Made by a program: the position numbers and the translations under genes. From TPA_inf: Saccharomyces (lineage: Eukaryota), in NCBI GenBank assembly GCA_000146045.2, contig BK006949.2, positions 64,001 through 128,000 of the forward strand: 64,000 nucleotides of DNA. The letters are read 5' to 3'. A model generated the notes under the pieces. The model searched no databases. It worked only from the letters and a program-made list of their open reading frames with translations, and was not told the origin of the DNA. Shown here piece by piece: positions 40,648 to 52,487 of this stretch (position 1 is the stretch's first letter; every line of letters begins with the position of its first letter).

Positions 40648-40945
40648 GCATTTTGTACTTTAAGGCAGAAATTGCATCAAATATATATGTATAAATAAAA
40701 ATTTTATGTTTGCGTGATTGTTGGTGATAAGAAGTAAAAAAGTACACCTAAAATAGGCAGCAGTTGGCCAGCACGTTCAGAACCCCGTATGATATACCTT
40801 CTTTCGAATAATTATCGATTATCAAATGTATAGATAGCAGTATTATAATATATACTATATTCTATACATATATGAAGGGGGTTGGTGCGTGTATATGAGA
40901 AAAAATTTTTTTATTGTAATTATTTTTTTTTTTTAAACTTTTGAC

Positions 40946-41440
40946 TCATTCAGAGCCTCTAGTGTTCAAAATCAAAGCTACAATCATACCATATAACCCT
41001 AAAACTTCAGAGAAAATTAGAATCAAAACGATACCGACAAAAAGCCTTGGTTGGTGCATATACTTTCTAACACCAACGTCACCGACCATACCAATGGCGT
41101 AGCCACTACTCAAACAGGCAAATCCCACACAGAGCCCACAACTCAAGTGCATGAACCCATTGAAGAGAGTATAGTCTTCGGTAGGAGATAAATTACCTGC
41201 AATTAAAACGGCCACAACAAGCCCATAAATGGCTAAGATACCACTCATAACCACAGGAATCAAAGACTTCATGATCAATTCCGGCTTGAAAGTACCTATA
41301 CCGGCGATACCAATACCTGACTTAGCTGTACCAATGGCAGCTCCCAAACAGGAAAGCACCATGGCAGCTGCACAACCTGCGAACCCGAAAAAGGGAGCGT
41401 ACAATGGAGCATATATGTTACTTGCGAGTTGCGTTGACAT
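40946..41440 (-). CDS. VMA11: V-ATPase proteolipid subunit c-prime Vma11 (164 aa)
   Basis: Four-TM 16-kDa proteolipid with a conserved Glu in TM4 ([10 protein letters not shown]). Confidence 0.95.
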
Positions 41441-41615
41441 GTTTACAGAGAATAATAGAATGGACCCTTTCCTCCTCCGACTCTTGCTTTGCTATATTTA
41501 TTTTTTTTTTTCTTACGAGTAAAGAAGAAAATATTAGGTTATCTATGTTCCTTTTTCTAACTAATCACTCTTTCACTAAAGAATATTTCTTAGCAAAAAT
41601 ATGCGTACCTGCGTA

Positions 41616-41623
41616 CCGGGTAA
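41616..41623. promoter_or_regulatory. Reb1 consensus site CCGGGTAA
   Basis: Perfect 8-mer (reverse complement TTACCCGG), about 180 bp upstream of the VMA11 ATG in the divergent VMA11/NSL1 spacer. Confidence 0.45.
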
Positions 41624-42171
41624 AAAGTCGCATTGTCCAAGTGCTGCTGCTTTTACGCAAAAGAACACATCTAACCGAAGAGGAATAAGCAGACCTGAAC
41701 AATACCAAATAAAGAAGTTACTTCTTCTTTATCACCATTTTGACAGGTTTCTACATTTTTTTTTCCGTAGAGGGAAAACATATAAAAGCAGTCCAGTAAT
41801 TGCTTGCTTTTTGAAATGGCTCTTTAAGCCTGAAAGCACAAGACGATTAGTGATATAGATAATATATACACAGATACACATGTACGTACATAAGTACTGA
41901 TTTAGGCTGCAACCTTTTACCTGGCTCAACTGACACGAATATTTTGTTATCAGCCAAAATAAACGTTCATGATATATAGTGAGAAAAAAAGATCGATGGG
42001 ACGACTCGCGGCCATTCCTTGTGCGTGCAGGAATCAAGAAAATAAACAAACCGGTACAGTACAATAAGCAGGCTGAGTAGGCGGAAAAAGTTTTATTCAG
42101 ACGTGTACCGGAGCCTAAATCCTTTCTTACCCATAGCAACCACACTAAATATATTATTGTAACACGAGAAG

Positions 42172-42822
42172 ATGTCACAAGGTCAGTCCAAAAAACTGGA
42201 CGTAACTGTTGAGCAGCTTCGAAGTATATACCACCAGTTTCATGATATCTTGGAAGAAAAAACTGATTTGCATCTACCGAAGAAAGAATACGACGATGAC
42301 GCTGTTAGGAGAGAGGTTCAGATACAGTTACAAGAATTTCTTTTGAGCGCTATGACGATGGCTTCGAAGTCACTAGAAGTTGTCAACGCCGACACGGTAG
42401 GAAAGACGGTAAAGCAATTGATCATGGAATCACAAGAGAAGTACATGGAGCCCTTTGACCTTGACCTGAATGAGCAAGTTAGAAAGATGTACCAAGAGTG
42501 GGAAGACGAAACCGTTAAGGTGGCCCAGTTGAGGCAAACGGGGCCTGCAAAAATCAACGAAGTTTACAACAACTCAAAGGATGAGTATTTGGCACAATTG
42601 GATGGGAGAATCGGCGTTCTTCAAGCTAGAATGATGCAGCAACAATCTGCTGACCATGATGATAGTACCGACGATGCCGATGATCACATCAACTGGGAGC
42701 ACATCAAGCAGGATTACGTTGCCTCACTCAATGAATTGTATCAAACACAGCAAGACCTACCCAAGGTAAGATATAACGTTGAAAAGGTCAAGCGCTTAAT
42801 GGACTTCCTGGAGGAGGATTGA
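42172..42822 (+). CDS. NSL1: MIND kinetochore complex subunit Nsl1 (216 aa)
   Basis: ATG ORF with the length and position expected. Confidence 0.88.
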   Translation: MSQGQSKKLDVTVEQLRSIYHQFHDILEEKTDLHLPKKEYDDDAVRREVQIQLQEFLLSAMTMASKSLEVVNADTVGKTVKQLIMESQEKYMEPFDLDLNEQVRKMYQEWEDETVKVAQLRQTGPAKINEVYNNSKDEYLAQLDGRIGVLQARMMQQQSADHDDSTDDADDHINWEHIKQDYVASLNELYQTQQDLPKVRYNVEKVKRLMDFLEED

Positions 42823-43274
42823 ATAAATAACATATAAGACAGTCAACCTCGTGGTAAATGATAACTATATTCTGGGGCTTTATTCATTTTTTTACACTTT
42901 TTTATCTTTGTACGAAGAGCTGAAAATAAAAAAGTATAGAGCCAGCCTTTTCCCACACACTAACGACAAAAGACGATATGCAGGCTGTGCGCATGGGGGA
43001 GAATCCAGTTTTTGCCCGTTAAAGAGAAAAAATTAGTGTCTGTGAAACGCGAATACAAAAAAAGAAAAGTAGCAGGATCTTACTTCTCGTAAAGACGTCA
43101 AGAACCAAATCAAGTCAAATCGTGGAAGTTACAAGGGGAAAGACCAATAACTTTTAGTAAAGAACAAAGAAAGGTCTATCTCACGCAGTGACGGTCTTTG
43201 CGGTAAATCTGTGTATACTTGAAAGAAAACCCTTTTACAATTAAAAAAGGCAATTAAAAATAGAAACAAATCAA

Positions 43275-44147
43275 ATGAGTTATAATAATCCGTACCAGTT
43301 GGAAACCCCTTTTGAAGAGTCATACGAGTTGGACGAAGGTTCGAGCGCTATCGGTGCTGAAGGCCACGATTTCGTGGGCTTCATGAATAAGATCAGTCAA
43401 ATCAATCGCGATCTCGATAAGTACGACCATACCATCAACCAGGTCGATTCTTTGCATAAGAGGCTACTGACCGAAGTTAATGAGGAGCAAGCAAGTCACT
43501 TAAGGCACTCCCTGGACAACTTCGTCGCACAAGCCACGGACTTGCAGTTCAAACTGAAAAATGAGATTAAAAGTGCCCAAAGGGATGGGATACATGACAC
43601 CAACAAGCAAGCTCAGGCGGAAAACTCCAGACAAAGATTTTTGAAGCTTATCCAGGACTACAGAATTGTGGATTCCAACTACAAGGAGGAGAATAAAGAG
43701 CAAGCCAAGAGGCAGTATATGATCATTCAACCAGAGGCCACCGAAGATGAAGTTGAAGCAGCCATAAGCGATGTAGGGGGCCAGCAGATCTTCTCACAAG
43801 CATTGTTGAATGCTAACAGACGTGGGGAAGCCAAGACTGCTCTTGCGGAAGTCCAGGCAAGGCACCAAGAGTTATTGAAACTAGAAAAATCCATGGCAGA
43901 ACTTACTCAATTGTTTAATGACATGGAAGAACTGGTAATAGAACAACAAGAAAACGTAGACGTCATCGACAAGAACGTTGAAGACGCTCAACTCGACGTA
44001 GAACAGGGTGTCGGTCATACCGATAAAGCCGTCAAGAGTGCCAGAAAAGCAAGAAAGAACAAGATTAGATGTTGGTTGATTGTATTCGCCATCATTGTAG
44101 TCGTTGTTGTTGTCGTTGTTGTCCCAGCCGTTGTCAAAACGCGTTAA
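43275..44147 (+). CDS. SSO1: Plasma-membrane t-SNARE (syntaxin) Sso1 (290 aa)
   Basis: Habc and SNARE motifs, and a C-terminal TM anchor (IVFAIIVVVVVVVVVPAVVKTR). Confidence 0.95.
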   Translation: MSYNNPYQLETPFEESYELDEGSSAIGAEGHDFVGFMNKISQINRDLDKYDHTINQVDSLHKRLLTEVNEEQASHLRHSLDNFVAQATDLQFKLKNEIKSAQRDGIHDTNKQAQAENSRQRFLKLIQDYRIVDSNYKEENKEQAKRQYMIIQPEATEDEVEAAISDVGGQQIFSQALLNANRRGEAKTALAEVQARHQELLKLEKSMAELTQLFNDMEELVIEQQENVDVIDKNVEDAQLDVEQGVGHTDKAVKSARKARKNKIRCWLIVFAIIVVVVVVVVVPAVVKTR

Positions 44148-44355
44148 TTCCAACTATTTTCTATATTTCTATTCTATCCGAACTCCCCTTTTGTATATCA
44201 ATATATCTTAATACTTTCGCCTATTCTTTACTATATTTCCTAAATTTTCTCTGGTCTGCAGGCCAAAAACAACAACTTACTACTGAATCATGGACGTGTA
44301 TTTAGTTTAGCCAAGCAATATTTAAATATCACTCTTCCTAAAAATACATTGGGCA

Positions 44356-44362
44356 TTACCCG
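44356..44362. promoter_or_regulatory. Reb1-type site TTACCCG in the FAS2 promoter
   Basis: gcaTTACCCGcaa, about 290 bp upstream of the FAS2 ATG. Confidence 0.4.
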
Positions 44363-44415
44363 CAAACTAACCCATCGCTTAGCAAAATCCAACCATTTTT
44401 TTTTTATCTCCCGCG

Positions 44416-44426
44416 TTTTCACATGC
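44416..44426. promoter_or_regulatory. ICRE / UAS-INO (Ino2/Ino4 site) TTTTCACATGC in the FAS2 promoter
   Basis: Exact match to the inositol/choline-responsive element core (TYTTCACATGY), about 230 bp upstream of the FAS2 ATG. Confidence 0.6.
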
Positions 44427-44651
44427 TACCTCATTCGCCTCGTAACGTTACGACCGAAATCTCACTAAGGCACGGTTTGTTGGGCAGTTTACAGATGTTG
44501 GATAACCAGTTGTTTCTAAACGGTTATGCCTCATATATAACTTGTTAACTGAAGGTTACACAAGACCACATCACCACTGTCGTGCTTTTCTAATAACCGC
44601 TATATTAGACGTTTAAAGGGCTACAGCAACACCAATTGAAATACCATCATT

Positions 44652-47600
44652 ATGAAGCCGGAAGTTGAGCAAGAATTAGCTCATATTTTGCTAACTGAAT
44701 TGTTAGCTTATCAATTTGCCTCTCCTGTGAGATGGATTGAAACTCAAGATGTTTTTTTGAAGGATTTTAACACTGAAAGGGTTGTTGAAATCGGTCCTTC
44801 TCCAACTTTGGCTGGGATGGCTCAAAGAACCTTGAAGAATAAATACGAATCTTACGATGCTGCTCTGTCTTTACATAGAGAAATCTTATGCTATTCGAAG
44901 GATGCCAAAGAGATTTATTATACCCCAGATCCATCCGAACTAGCTGCAAAGGAAGAGCCCGCTAAGGAAGAAGCTCCTGCTCCAACTCCAGCTGCTAGTG
45001 CTCCTGCTCCTGCAGCAGCAGCCCCAGCTCCCGTCGCGGCAGCAGCCCCAGCTGCAGCAGCTGCTGAGATTGCCGATGAACCTGTCAAGGCTTCCCTATT
45101 GTTGCACGTTTTGGTTGCTCACAAGTTGAAGAAGTCGTTAGATTCCATTCCAATGTCCAAGACAATCAAAGACTTGGTCGGTGGTAAATCTACAGTCCAA
45201 AATGAAATTTTGGGTGATTTAGGTAAAGAATTTGGTACTACTCCTGAAAAACCAGAAGAAACTCCATTAGAAGAATTGGCAGAAACTTTCCAAGATACCT
45301 TCTCTGGAGCATTGGGTAAGCAATCTTCCTCGTTATTATCAAGATTAATCTCATCTAAGATGCCTGGTGGGTTTACTATTACTGTCGCTAGAAAATACTT
45401 ACAAACTCGCTGGGGACTACCATCTGGTAGACAAGATGGTGTCCTTTTGGTAGCTTTATCTAACGAGCCTGCTGCTCGTCTAGGTTCTGAAGCTGATGCC
45501 AAGGCTTTCTTGGACTCCATGGCTCAAAAATACGCTTCCATTGTTGGTGTTGACTTATCATCAGCTGCTAGCGCTAGTGGTGCTGCCGGTGCAGGTGCTG
45601 CTGCCGGTGCAGCTATGATCGATGCTGGCGCTCTGGAAGAAATAACCAAAGACCACAAGGTTTTGGCGCGTCAACAACTGCAAGTATTGGCTCGTTATCT
45701 AAAAATGGACTTGGATAACGGTGAAAGAAAGTTCTTGAAAGAAAAGGACACTGTTGCTGAACTTCAAGCTCAGTTGGATTACTTGAATGCCGAATTAGGT
45801 GAATTCTTTGTTAACGGTGTTGCTACTTCTTTCTCTAGAAAAAAGGCCAGAACCTTCGATTCTTCCTGGAACTGGGCTAAACAATCTTTATTATCATTAT
45901 ACTTTGAGATAATTCATGGTGTCTTGAAAAACGTTGATAGAGAGGTTGTTAGTGAAGCTATCAATATCATGAACAGATCTAACGATGCTTTGATTAAATT
46001 CATGGAATACCATATCTCTAACACTGATGAAACAAAAGGTGAAAACTATCAATTGGTTAAAACTCTTGGTGAGCAGTTGATTGAAAACTGTAAACAAGTT
46101 TTGGATGTTGATCCAGTTTACAAAGATGTTGCTAAGCCTACCGGTCCAAAAACTGCTATTGACAAGAACGGTAACATTACATACTCAGAAGAGCCAAGAG
46201 AAAAGGTTAGGAAATTATCTCAATACGTACAAGAAATGGCCCTTGGTGGTCCAATCACCAAAGAATCTCAACCTACTATTGAAGAGGATTTGACTCGTGT
46301 TTACAAGGCAATCAGTGCTCAAGCTGATAAACAAGATATTTCCAGCTCCACCAGGGTTGAATTTGAAAAACTATATAGTGATTTGATGAAGTTCTTGGAA
46401 AGCTCCAAAGAAATCGATCCTTCTCAAACAACCCAATTGGCCGGTATGGATGTTGAGGATGCTTTGGACAAAGATTCCACCAAAGAAGTTGCTTCTTTGC
46501 CAAACAAATCTACCATTTCTAAGACGGTATCTTCAACTATTCCAAGAGAAACTATTCCGTTCTTACATTTGAGAAAGAAGACTCCTGCCGGAGATTGGAA
46601 ATATGACCGCCAATTGTCTTCTCTTTTCTTAGATGGTTTAGAAAAGGCTGCCTTCAACGGTGTCACCTTCAAGGACAAATACGTCTTGATCACTGGTGCT
46701 GGTAAGGGTTCTATTGGTGCTGAAGTCTTGCAAGGTTTGTTACAAGGTGGTGCTAAGGTTGTTGTTACCACCTCTCGTTTCTCTAAGCAAGTTACAGACT
46801 ACTACCAATCCATTTACGCCAAATATGGTGCTAAGGGTTCTACTTTGATTGTTGTTCCATTCAACCAAGGTTCTAAGCAAGACGTTGAAGCTTTGATTGA
46901 ATTTATCTACGACACTGAAAAGAATGGTGGTTTAGGTTGGGATCTAGATGCTATTATTCCATTCGCGGCCATTCCAGAACAAGGTATTGAATTAGAACAT
47001 ATTGATTCTAAGTCTGAATTTGCTCATAGAATCATGTTGACCAATATCTTAAGAATGATGGGTTGTGTCAAGAAGCAAAAATCTGCAAGAGGTATTGAAA
47101 CAAGACCAGCTCAAGTCATTCTACCAATGTCTCCAAACCATGGTACTTTCGGTGGTGATGGTATGTATTCAGAATCCAAGTTGTCTTTGGAAACTTTGTT
47201 CAACAGATGGCACTCTGAATCCTGGGCCAATCAATTAACCGTTTGCGGTGCTATTATTGGTTGGACTAGAGGTACTGGTTTAATGAGCGCTAATAACATC
47301 ATTGCTGAAGGCATTGAAAAGATGGGTGTTCGTACTTTCTCTCAAAAGGAAATGGCTTTCAACTTATTGGGTCTATTGACTCCAGAAGTCGTAGAATTGT
47401 GCCAAAAATCACCTGTTATGGCTGACTTGAATGGTGGTTTGCAATTTGTTCCTGAATTGAAGGAATTCACTGCTAAATTGCGTAAAGAGTTGGTTGAAAC
47501 TTCTGAAGTTAGAAAGGCAGTTTCCATCGAAACTGCTTTGGAGCATAAGGTTGTCAATGGCAATAGCGCTGATGCTGCATATGCTCAAGTCGAAATTCAA

Positions 47601-50315
47601 CCAAGAGCTAACATTCAACTGGACTTCCCAGAATTGAAACCATACAAACAGGTTAAACAAATTGCTCCCGCTGAGCTTGAAGGTTTGTTGGATTTGGAAA
47701 GAGTTATTGTAGTTACCGGTTTTGCTGAAGTCGGCCCATGGGGTTCGGCCAGAACAAGATGGGAAATGGAAGCTTTTGGTGAATTTTCGTTGGAAGGTTG
47801 CGTTGAAATGGCCTGGATTATGGGCTTCATTTCATACCATAACGGTAATTTGAAGGGTCGTCCATACACTGGTTGGGTTGATTCCAAAACAAAAGAACCA
47901 GTTGATGACAAGGACGTTAAGGCCAAGTATGAAACATCAATCCTAGAACACAGTGGTATCAGATTGATCGAACCAGAGTTATTCAATGGTTACAACCCAG
48001 AAAAGAAGGAAATGATTCAAGAAGTCATTGTCGAAGAAGACTTGGAACCATTTGAGGCTTCGAAGGAAACTGCCGAACAATTTAAACACCAACATGGTGA
48101 CAAAGTGGATATCTTCGAAATCCCAGAAACAGGAGAGTACTCTGTTAAGTTACTAAAGGGTGCCACTTTATACATTCCAAAGGCTTTGAGATTTGACCGT
48201 TTGGTTGCAGGTCAAATTCCAACTGGTTGGAATGCTAAGACTTATGGTATCTCTGATGATATCATTTCTCAGGTTGACCCAATCACATTATTCGTTTTGG
48301 TCTCTGTTGTGGAAGCATTTATTGCATCTGGTATCACCGACCCATACGAAATGTACAAATACGTACATGTTTCTGAGGTTGGTAACTGTTCTGGTTCTGG
48401 TATGGGTGGTGTTTCTGCCTTACGTGGTATGTTTAAGGACCGTTTCAAGGATGAGCCTGTCCAAAATGATATTTTACAAGAATCATTTATCAACACCATG
48501 TCCGCTTGGGTTAATATGTTGTTGATTTCCTCATCTGGTCCAATCAAGACACCTGTTGGTGCCTGTGCCACATCCGTGGAATCTGTTGACATTGGTGTAG
48601 AAACCATCTTGTCTGGTAAGGCTAGAATCTGTATTGTCGGTGGTTACGATGATTTCCAAGAAGAAGGCTCCTTTGAGTTCGGTAACATGAAGGCCACTTC
48701 CAACACTTTGGAAGAATTTGAACATGGTCGTACCCCAGCGGAAATGTCCAGACCTGCCACCACTACCCGTAACGGTTTTATGGAAGCTCAAGGTGCTGGT
48801 ATTCAAATCATCATGCAAGCTGATTTAGCTTTGAAGATGGGTGTGCCAATTTACGGTATTGTTGCCATGGCTGCTACCGCCACCGATAAGATTGGTAGAT
48901 CTGTGCCAGCTCCAGGTAAGGGTATTTTAACCACTGCTCGTGAACACCACTCCAGTGTTAAGTATGCTTCACCAAACTTGAACATGAAGTACAGAAAGCG
49001 CCAATTGGTTACTCGTGAAGCTCAGATTAAAGATTGGGTAGAAAACGAATTGGAAGCTTTGAAGTTGGAGGCCGAAGAAATTCCAAGCGAAGACCAAAAC
49101 GAGTTCTTACTTGAACGTACCAGAGAAATCCACAACGAAGCTGAAAGTCAATTGAGAGCTGCACAACAACAATGGGGTAACGACTTCTACAAGAGGGACC
49201 CACGTATTGCTCCATTGAGAGGAGCACTGGCTACTTACGGTTTAACTATTGATGACTTGGGTGTCGCTTCATTCCACGGTACATCCACAAAGGCTAATGA
49301 CAAGAACGAATCTGCCACAATTAATGAAATGATGAAGCATTTGGGTAGATCTGAAGGTAATCCCGTCATTGGTGTTTTCCAAAAGTTCTTGACTGGTCAT
49401 CCAAAGGGTGCTGCTGGTGCATGGATGATGAATGGTGCTTTGCAAATTCTAAACAGTGGTATTATTCCAGGTAACCGTAACGCTGATAACGTGGATAAGA
49501 TCTTGGAGCAATTTGAATACGTCTTGTACCCATCCAAGACTTTAAAGACCGACGGTGTCAGAGCCGTGTCCATCACTTCTTTCGGTTTTGGTCAAAAGGG
49601 TGGTCAAGCTATTGTGGTTCATCCAGACTACTTATACGGTGCTATCACTGAAGACAGATACAACGAGTATGTCGCCAAGGTTAGTGCCAGAGAGAAAAGT
49701 GCCTACAAATTCTTCCATAATGGTATGATCTACAACAAGTTGTTCGTAAGTAAAGAGCATGCTCCATACACTGATGAATTGGAAGAGGATGTTTACTTGG
49801 ACCCATTAGCCCGTGTATCTAAGGATAAGAAATCAGGCTCCTTGACTTTCAACTCTAAAAACATCCAAAGCAAGGACAGTTACATCAATGCTAACACCAT
49901 TGAAACTGCCAAGATGATTGAAAACATGACCAAGGAGAAAGTCTCTAACGGTGGCGTCGGTGTAGATGTTGAATTAATCACTAGCATCAACGTTGAAAAT
50001 GATACTTTTATCGAGCGCAATTTCACCCCGCAAGAAATAGAGTACTGCAGCGCGCAGCCTAGTGTGCAAAGCTCTTTCGCTGGGACATGGTCCGCCAAAG
50101 AGGCTGTTTTCAAGTCCTTAGGCGTCAAGTCCTTAGGCGGTGGTGCTGCATTGAAAGACATCGAAATCGTACGCGTTAACAAAAACGCTCCAGCCGTTGA
50201 ACTGCACGGTAACGCCAAAAAGGCTGCCGAAGAAGCTGGTGTTACCGATGTGAAGGTATCTATTTCTCACGATGACCTCCAAGCTGTCGCGGTCGCCGTT
50301 TCTACTAAGAAATAG
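44652..50315 (+). CDS. FAS2: Fatty acid synthase alpha subunit Fas2 (1887 aa)
   Basis: Single 5664-nt ORF with ACP, ketoreductase, ketosynthase and C-terminal phosphopantetheinyl transferase domains. The Ala/Pro-rich segment follows the N-terminal region. Confidence 0.98.
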
Positions 50316-50653
50316 AGAGAGCACTACGTAGTCCCTCTTTTAATATGTAACGTGTCGCTTCTATTTATCAGACATAATAGTAATTACTTTGTTATTTTTC
50401 TATCGTTTCCTTACTTTAGCCTCTGATTTCGATCTGGCCTAATCATTGTGTACGTCTATAATCATATGGCCCTGAGCGTACACACCGTTCAATTCTTCTA
50501 TTTGGTCGGCCCACACAAATTCGCGCGGGGGCATATTGACGCGTGGAAGAATAGAAGTCCGCGTAGCAGCTCTGGGGTAATTAGGCTTTTACGATATCGG
50601 CTGGCCCAGCACCGGTTTTTATTCCTCCCGTGGTTGTTGTCTCTACCGTGAGG

Positions 50654-51059
50654 AGGGGAAAGGGTCAGGGACGGCCGGTAGTTATGTTGTCTCAACGATT
50701 ACTGCCATCTATTGTTTACACCAATCGCGTGGGGCAAGGGGCTGGAAGGCTGTGGTGTACAGAATAGGGTCTAATACCCGATGCGCGACGCTCCTGCGAC
50801 TGGTTGTGTGAGCCACCCCTTGATCGCCTCTGCCAAATACTCAGGGAAGAGAAAAATCGCGAAGGTGGACGAGTGCCCTTAAAGAACCAGCATCCTCGAT
50901 CGCCGCTGCCGTTCGCCCTGGCTTAGCGGTGGGAAGCATCCTTTGGCTTTCGAATTCTCCGCCGTTGAGTCCCCCTAAGGGCCTTATTTATCCCCTCTAT
51001 TTTTTTTTAGAAAATGTTTTCTTTTTCAAGATTTGTTTGCTCCTTCACGGCTTCCCCCT
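50654..51059. promoter_or_regulatory. Cluster of at least six STRE cores (CCCCT/AGGGG) upstream of USV1
   Basis: AGGGG at 50654 and 50737; CCCCT at 50816, 50972, 50992 and 51055. All within 250-660 bp of the USV1 ATG. Confidence 0.5.
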
Positions 51060-51080
51060 TAACCGTTCAACAGTCTTCCG

Positions 51081-51087
51081 TATATAA
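51081..51087 (+). promoter_or_regulatory. USV1: USV1 TATA box (TATATAA)
   Basis: cgTATATAAcaa, about 230 bp upstream of the USV1 ATG. Confidence 0.45.
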
Positions 51088-51311
51088 CAATCTCAATCCA
51101 CTCTTATTGCCTATAATTTTGATTAATTCTTATTCATCCCGGCAGATAAAGTTTCGTCTTGTTTTGAAAGAGACAGGAGTTCTTGGCTGCAGTATTTTGC
51201 AACAGCTTCATTAACCATGTATGTAAAGAAAAAATCTGGAGCGACTTACTGGCTTAGCTTTTTTTACTAACACATAAATAATACTGTGATAAGATAAGAA
51301 AAAAACACGAA

Positions 51312-52487
51312 ATGGAAAATACCACGAATCGTAATACTGCAGGCGTTCTTACGAGCAGCAATGGTAACTTTGCCACCAATAGTGTAGCGGCATCAACTCC
51401 GAAGAGGTCCAAAAGTGCTCGAAGGAAAACGTTCAAATGCACCGGATATGACGGTTGTACGATGTCCTTCACTAGAGCGGAACATCTTGCACGTCATATA
51501 AGAAAGCACACTGGTGAAAAGCCGTTCCAGTGTCCTGCATGTTTGAAATTCTTCAGTAGAGTTGATAATTTGAAACAGCATCGGGAATCGGTCCATGCAC
51601 ATAAAAACCACCATTCTACCAGCTCGCACCAGCGTAAGCCTTCCTCTTCATCTTTATCCTCCTCTTCTTCTGCATCTTCTTCGTCTTCTGCTTCATCATC
51701 TACATCATATAGTGATCCTTACAGGAAAACTAATATTAATAGCGGGAACATGCCGATGATGGCAGAAAACGAAAAAGCGCCCCAAATAATACATTCTTCG
51801 CCGGAGTTCATTACTAGCACGAGAAGCATCCCACCCATCTCTCCAAGGTCCATTTATAATACCCAACGACAGCAACAACACCAACAACAACAGCATCAAC
51901 AGGCTCCCTATTATTTTCCTTCCCATCCAATCACTGATAGTTACTACCAGTATCCTCTTCCCAGTAATAATAACACCATCAATTATTTACCATCAGTAGA
52001 TGTGCAGTATCCTTTGAATGTGAGCCCCTCCTCAACGAGCCATCCGGCCTCTGAGGTAATCATATCGTCCTTTCCTCCGAGGTCCATGCCAAGTACTTCC
52101 TTCAAATATAAAGATTCTGCCGACTTTCAAGCACGGACAACTATGAACAAATACAATATTAGACCAAGCAATATCAATGTCAATACTAGTAATATCAATA
52201 ACCATCTTGATTCATTCTCCCCGCCGTTTTCTCCGTCAACGACAGTTGCTGAAGCAAAACCAATTATTTTACCACAGTATCAGCAGGCATTTAGCCAACC
52301 ACCAAATGGAAATAAAAACAATAATATGTCTTCCTCGAAGAATGGCGGCAAAGGGGGAGAAAATTTCAAGAATACTGATGATCGCAATGATAATAATAAC
52401 AAAAAGAGGTCGGAAACTTTATCAGAGTCTGATATTTCGGTCAACACCAATAAGAAAAGGCTTAGTGTTGATTACATATTGACTTGA
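51312..52487 (+). CDS. USV1: C2H2 zinc-finger transcription factor Usv1 (391 aa)
   Basis: Two C2H2 fingers ([55 protein letters not shown]), poly-Ser and poly-Gln tracts. Confidence 0.92.
   Translation: MENTTNRNTAGVLTSSNGNFATNSVAASTPKRSKSARRKTFKCTGYDGCTMSFTRAEHLARHIRKHTGEKPFQCPACLKFFSRVDNLKQHRESVHAHKNHHSTSSHQRKPSSSSLSSSSSASSSSSASSSTSYSDPYRKTNINSGNMPMMAENEKAPQIIHSSPEFITSTRSIPPISPRSIYNTQRQQQHQQQQHQQAPYYFPSHPITDSYYQYPLPSNNNTINYLPSVDVQYPLNVSPSSTSHPASEVIISSFPPRSMPSTSFKYKDSADFQARTTMNKYNIRPSNINVNTSNINNHLDSFSPPFSPSTTVAEAKPIILPQYQQAFSQPPNGNKNNNMSSSKNGGKGGENFKNTDDRNDNNNKKRSETLSESDISVNTNKKRLSVDYILT

Noticed and set aside
41880-41891. Perfect 12-bp palindrome ATGTACGTACAT in the VMA11/NSL1 spacer
   Set aside because: About 16 such palindromes are expected by chance in 64 kb, and there is no flanking repeat or known site.
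41732-42178. 148-codon minus-strand ORF in the VMA11-NSL1 spacer overlapping the NSL1 ATG
   Set aside because: The start codon is GTG in the track, and the first ATG is about 100 codons in. There is no coding-like composition.
44767-50218. Multiple 60-130-codon antisense ORFs inside FAS2, HSP82, GYP5, IQG1 and NEW1
   Set aside because: Long, codon-biased, highly expressed genes routinely leave stop-free antisense frames. None has an independent start context or homology.
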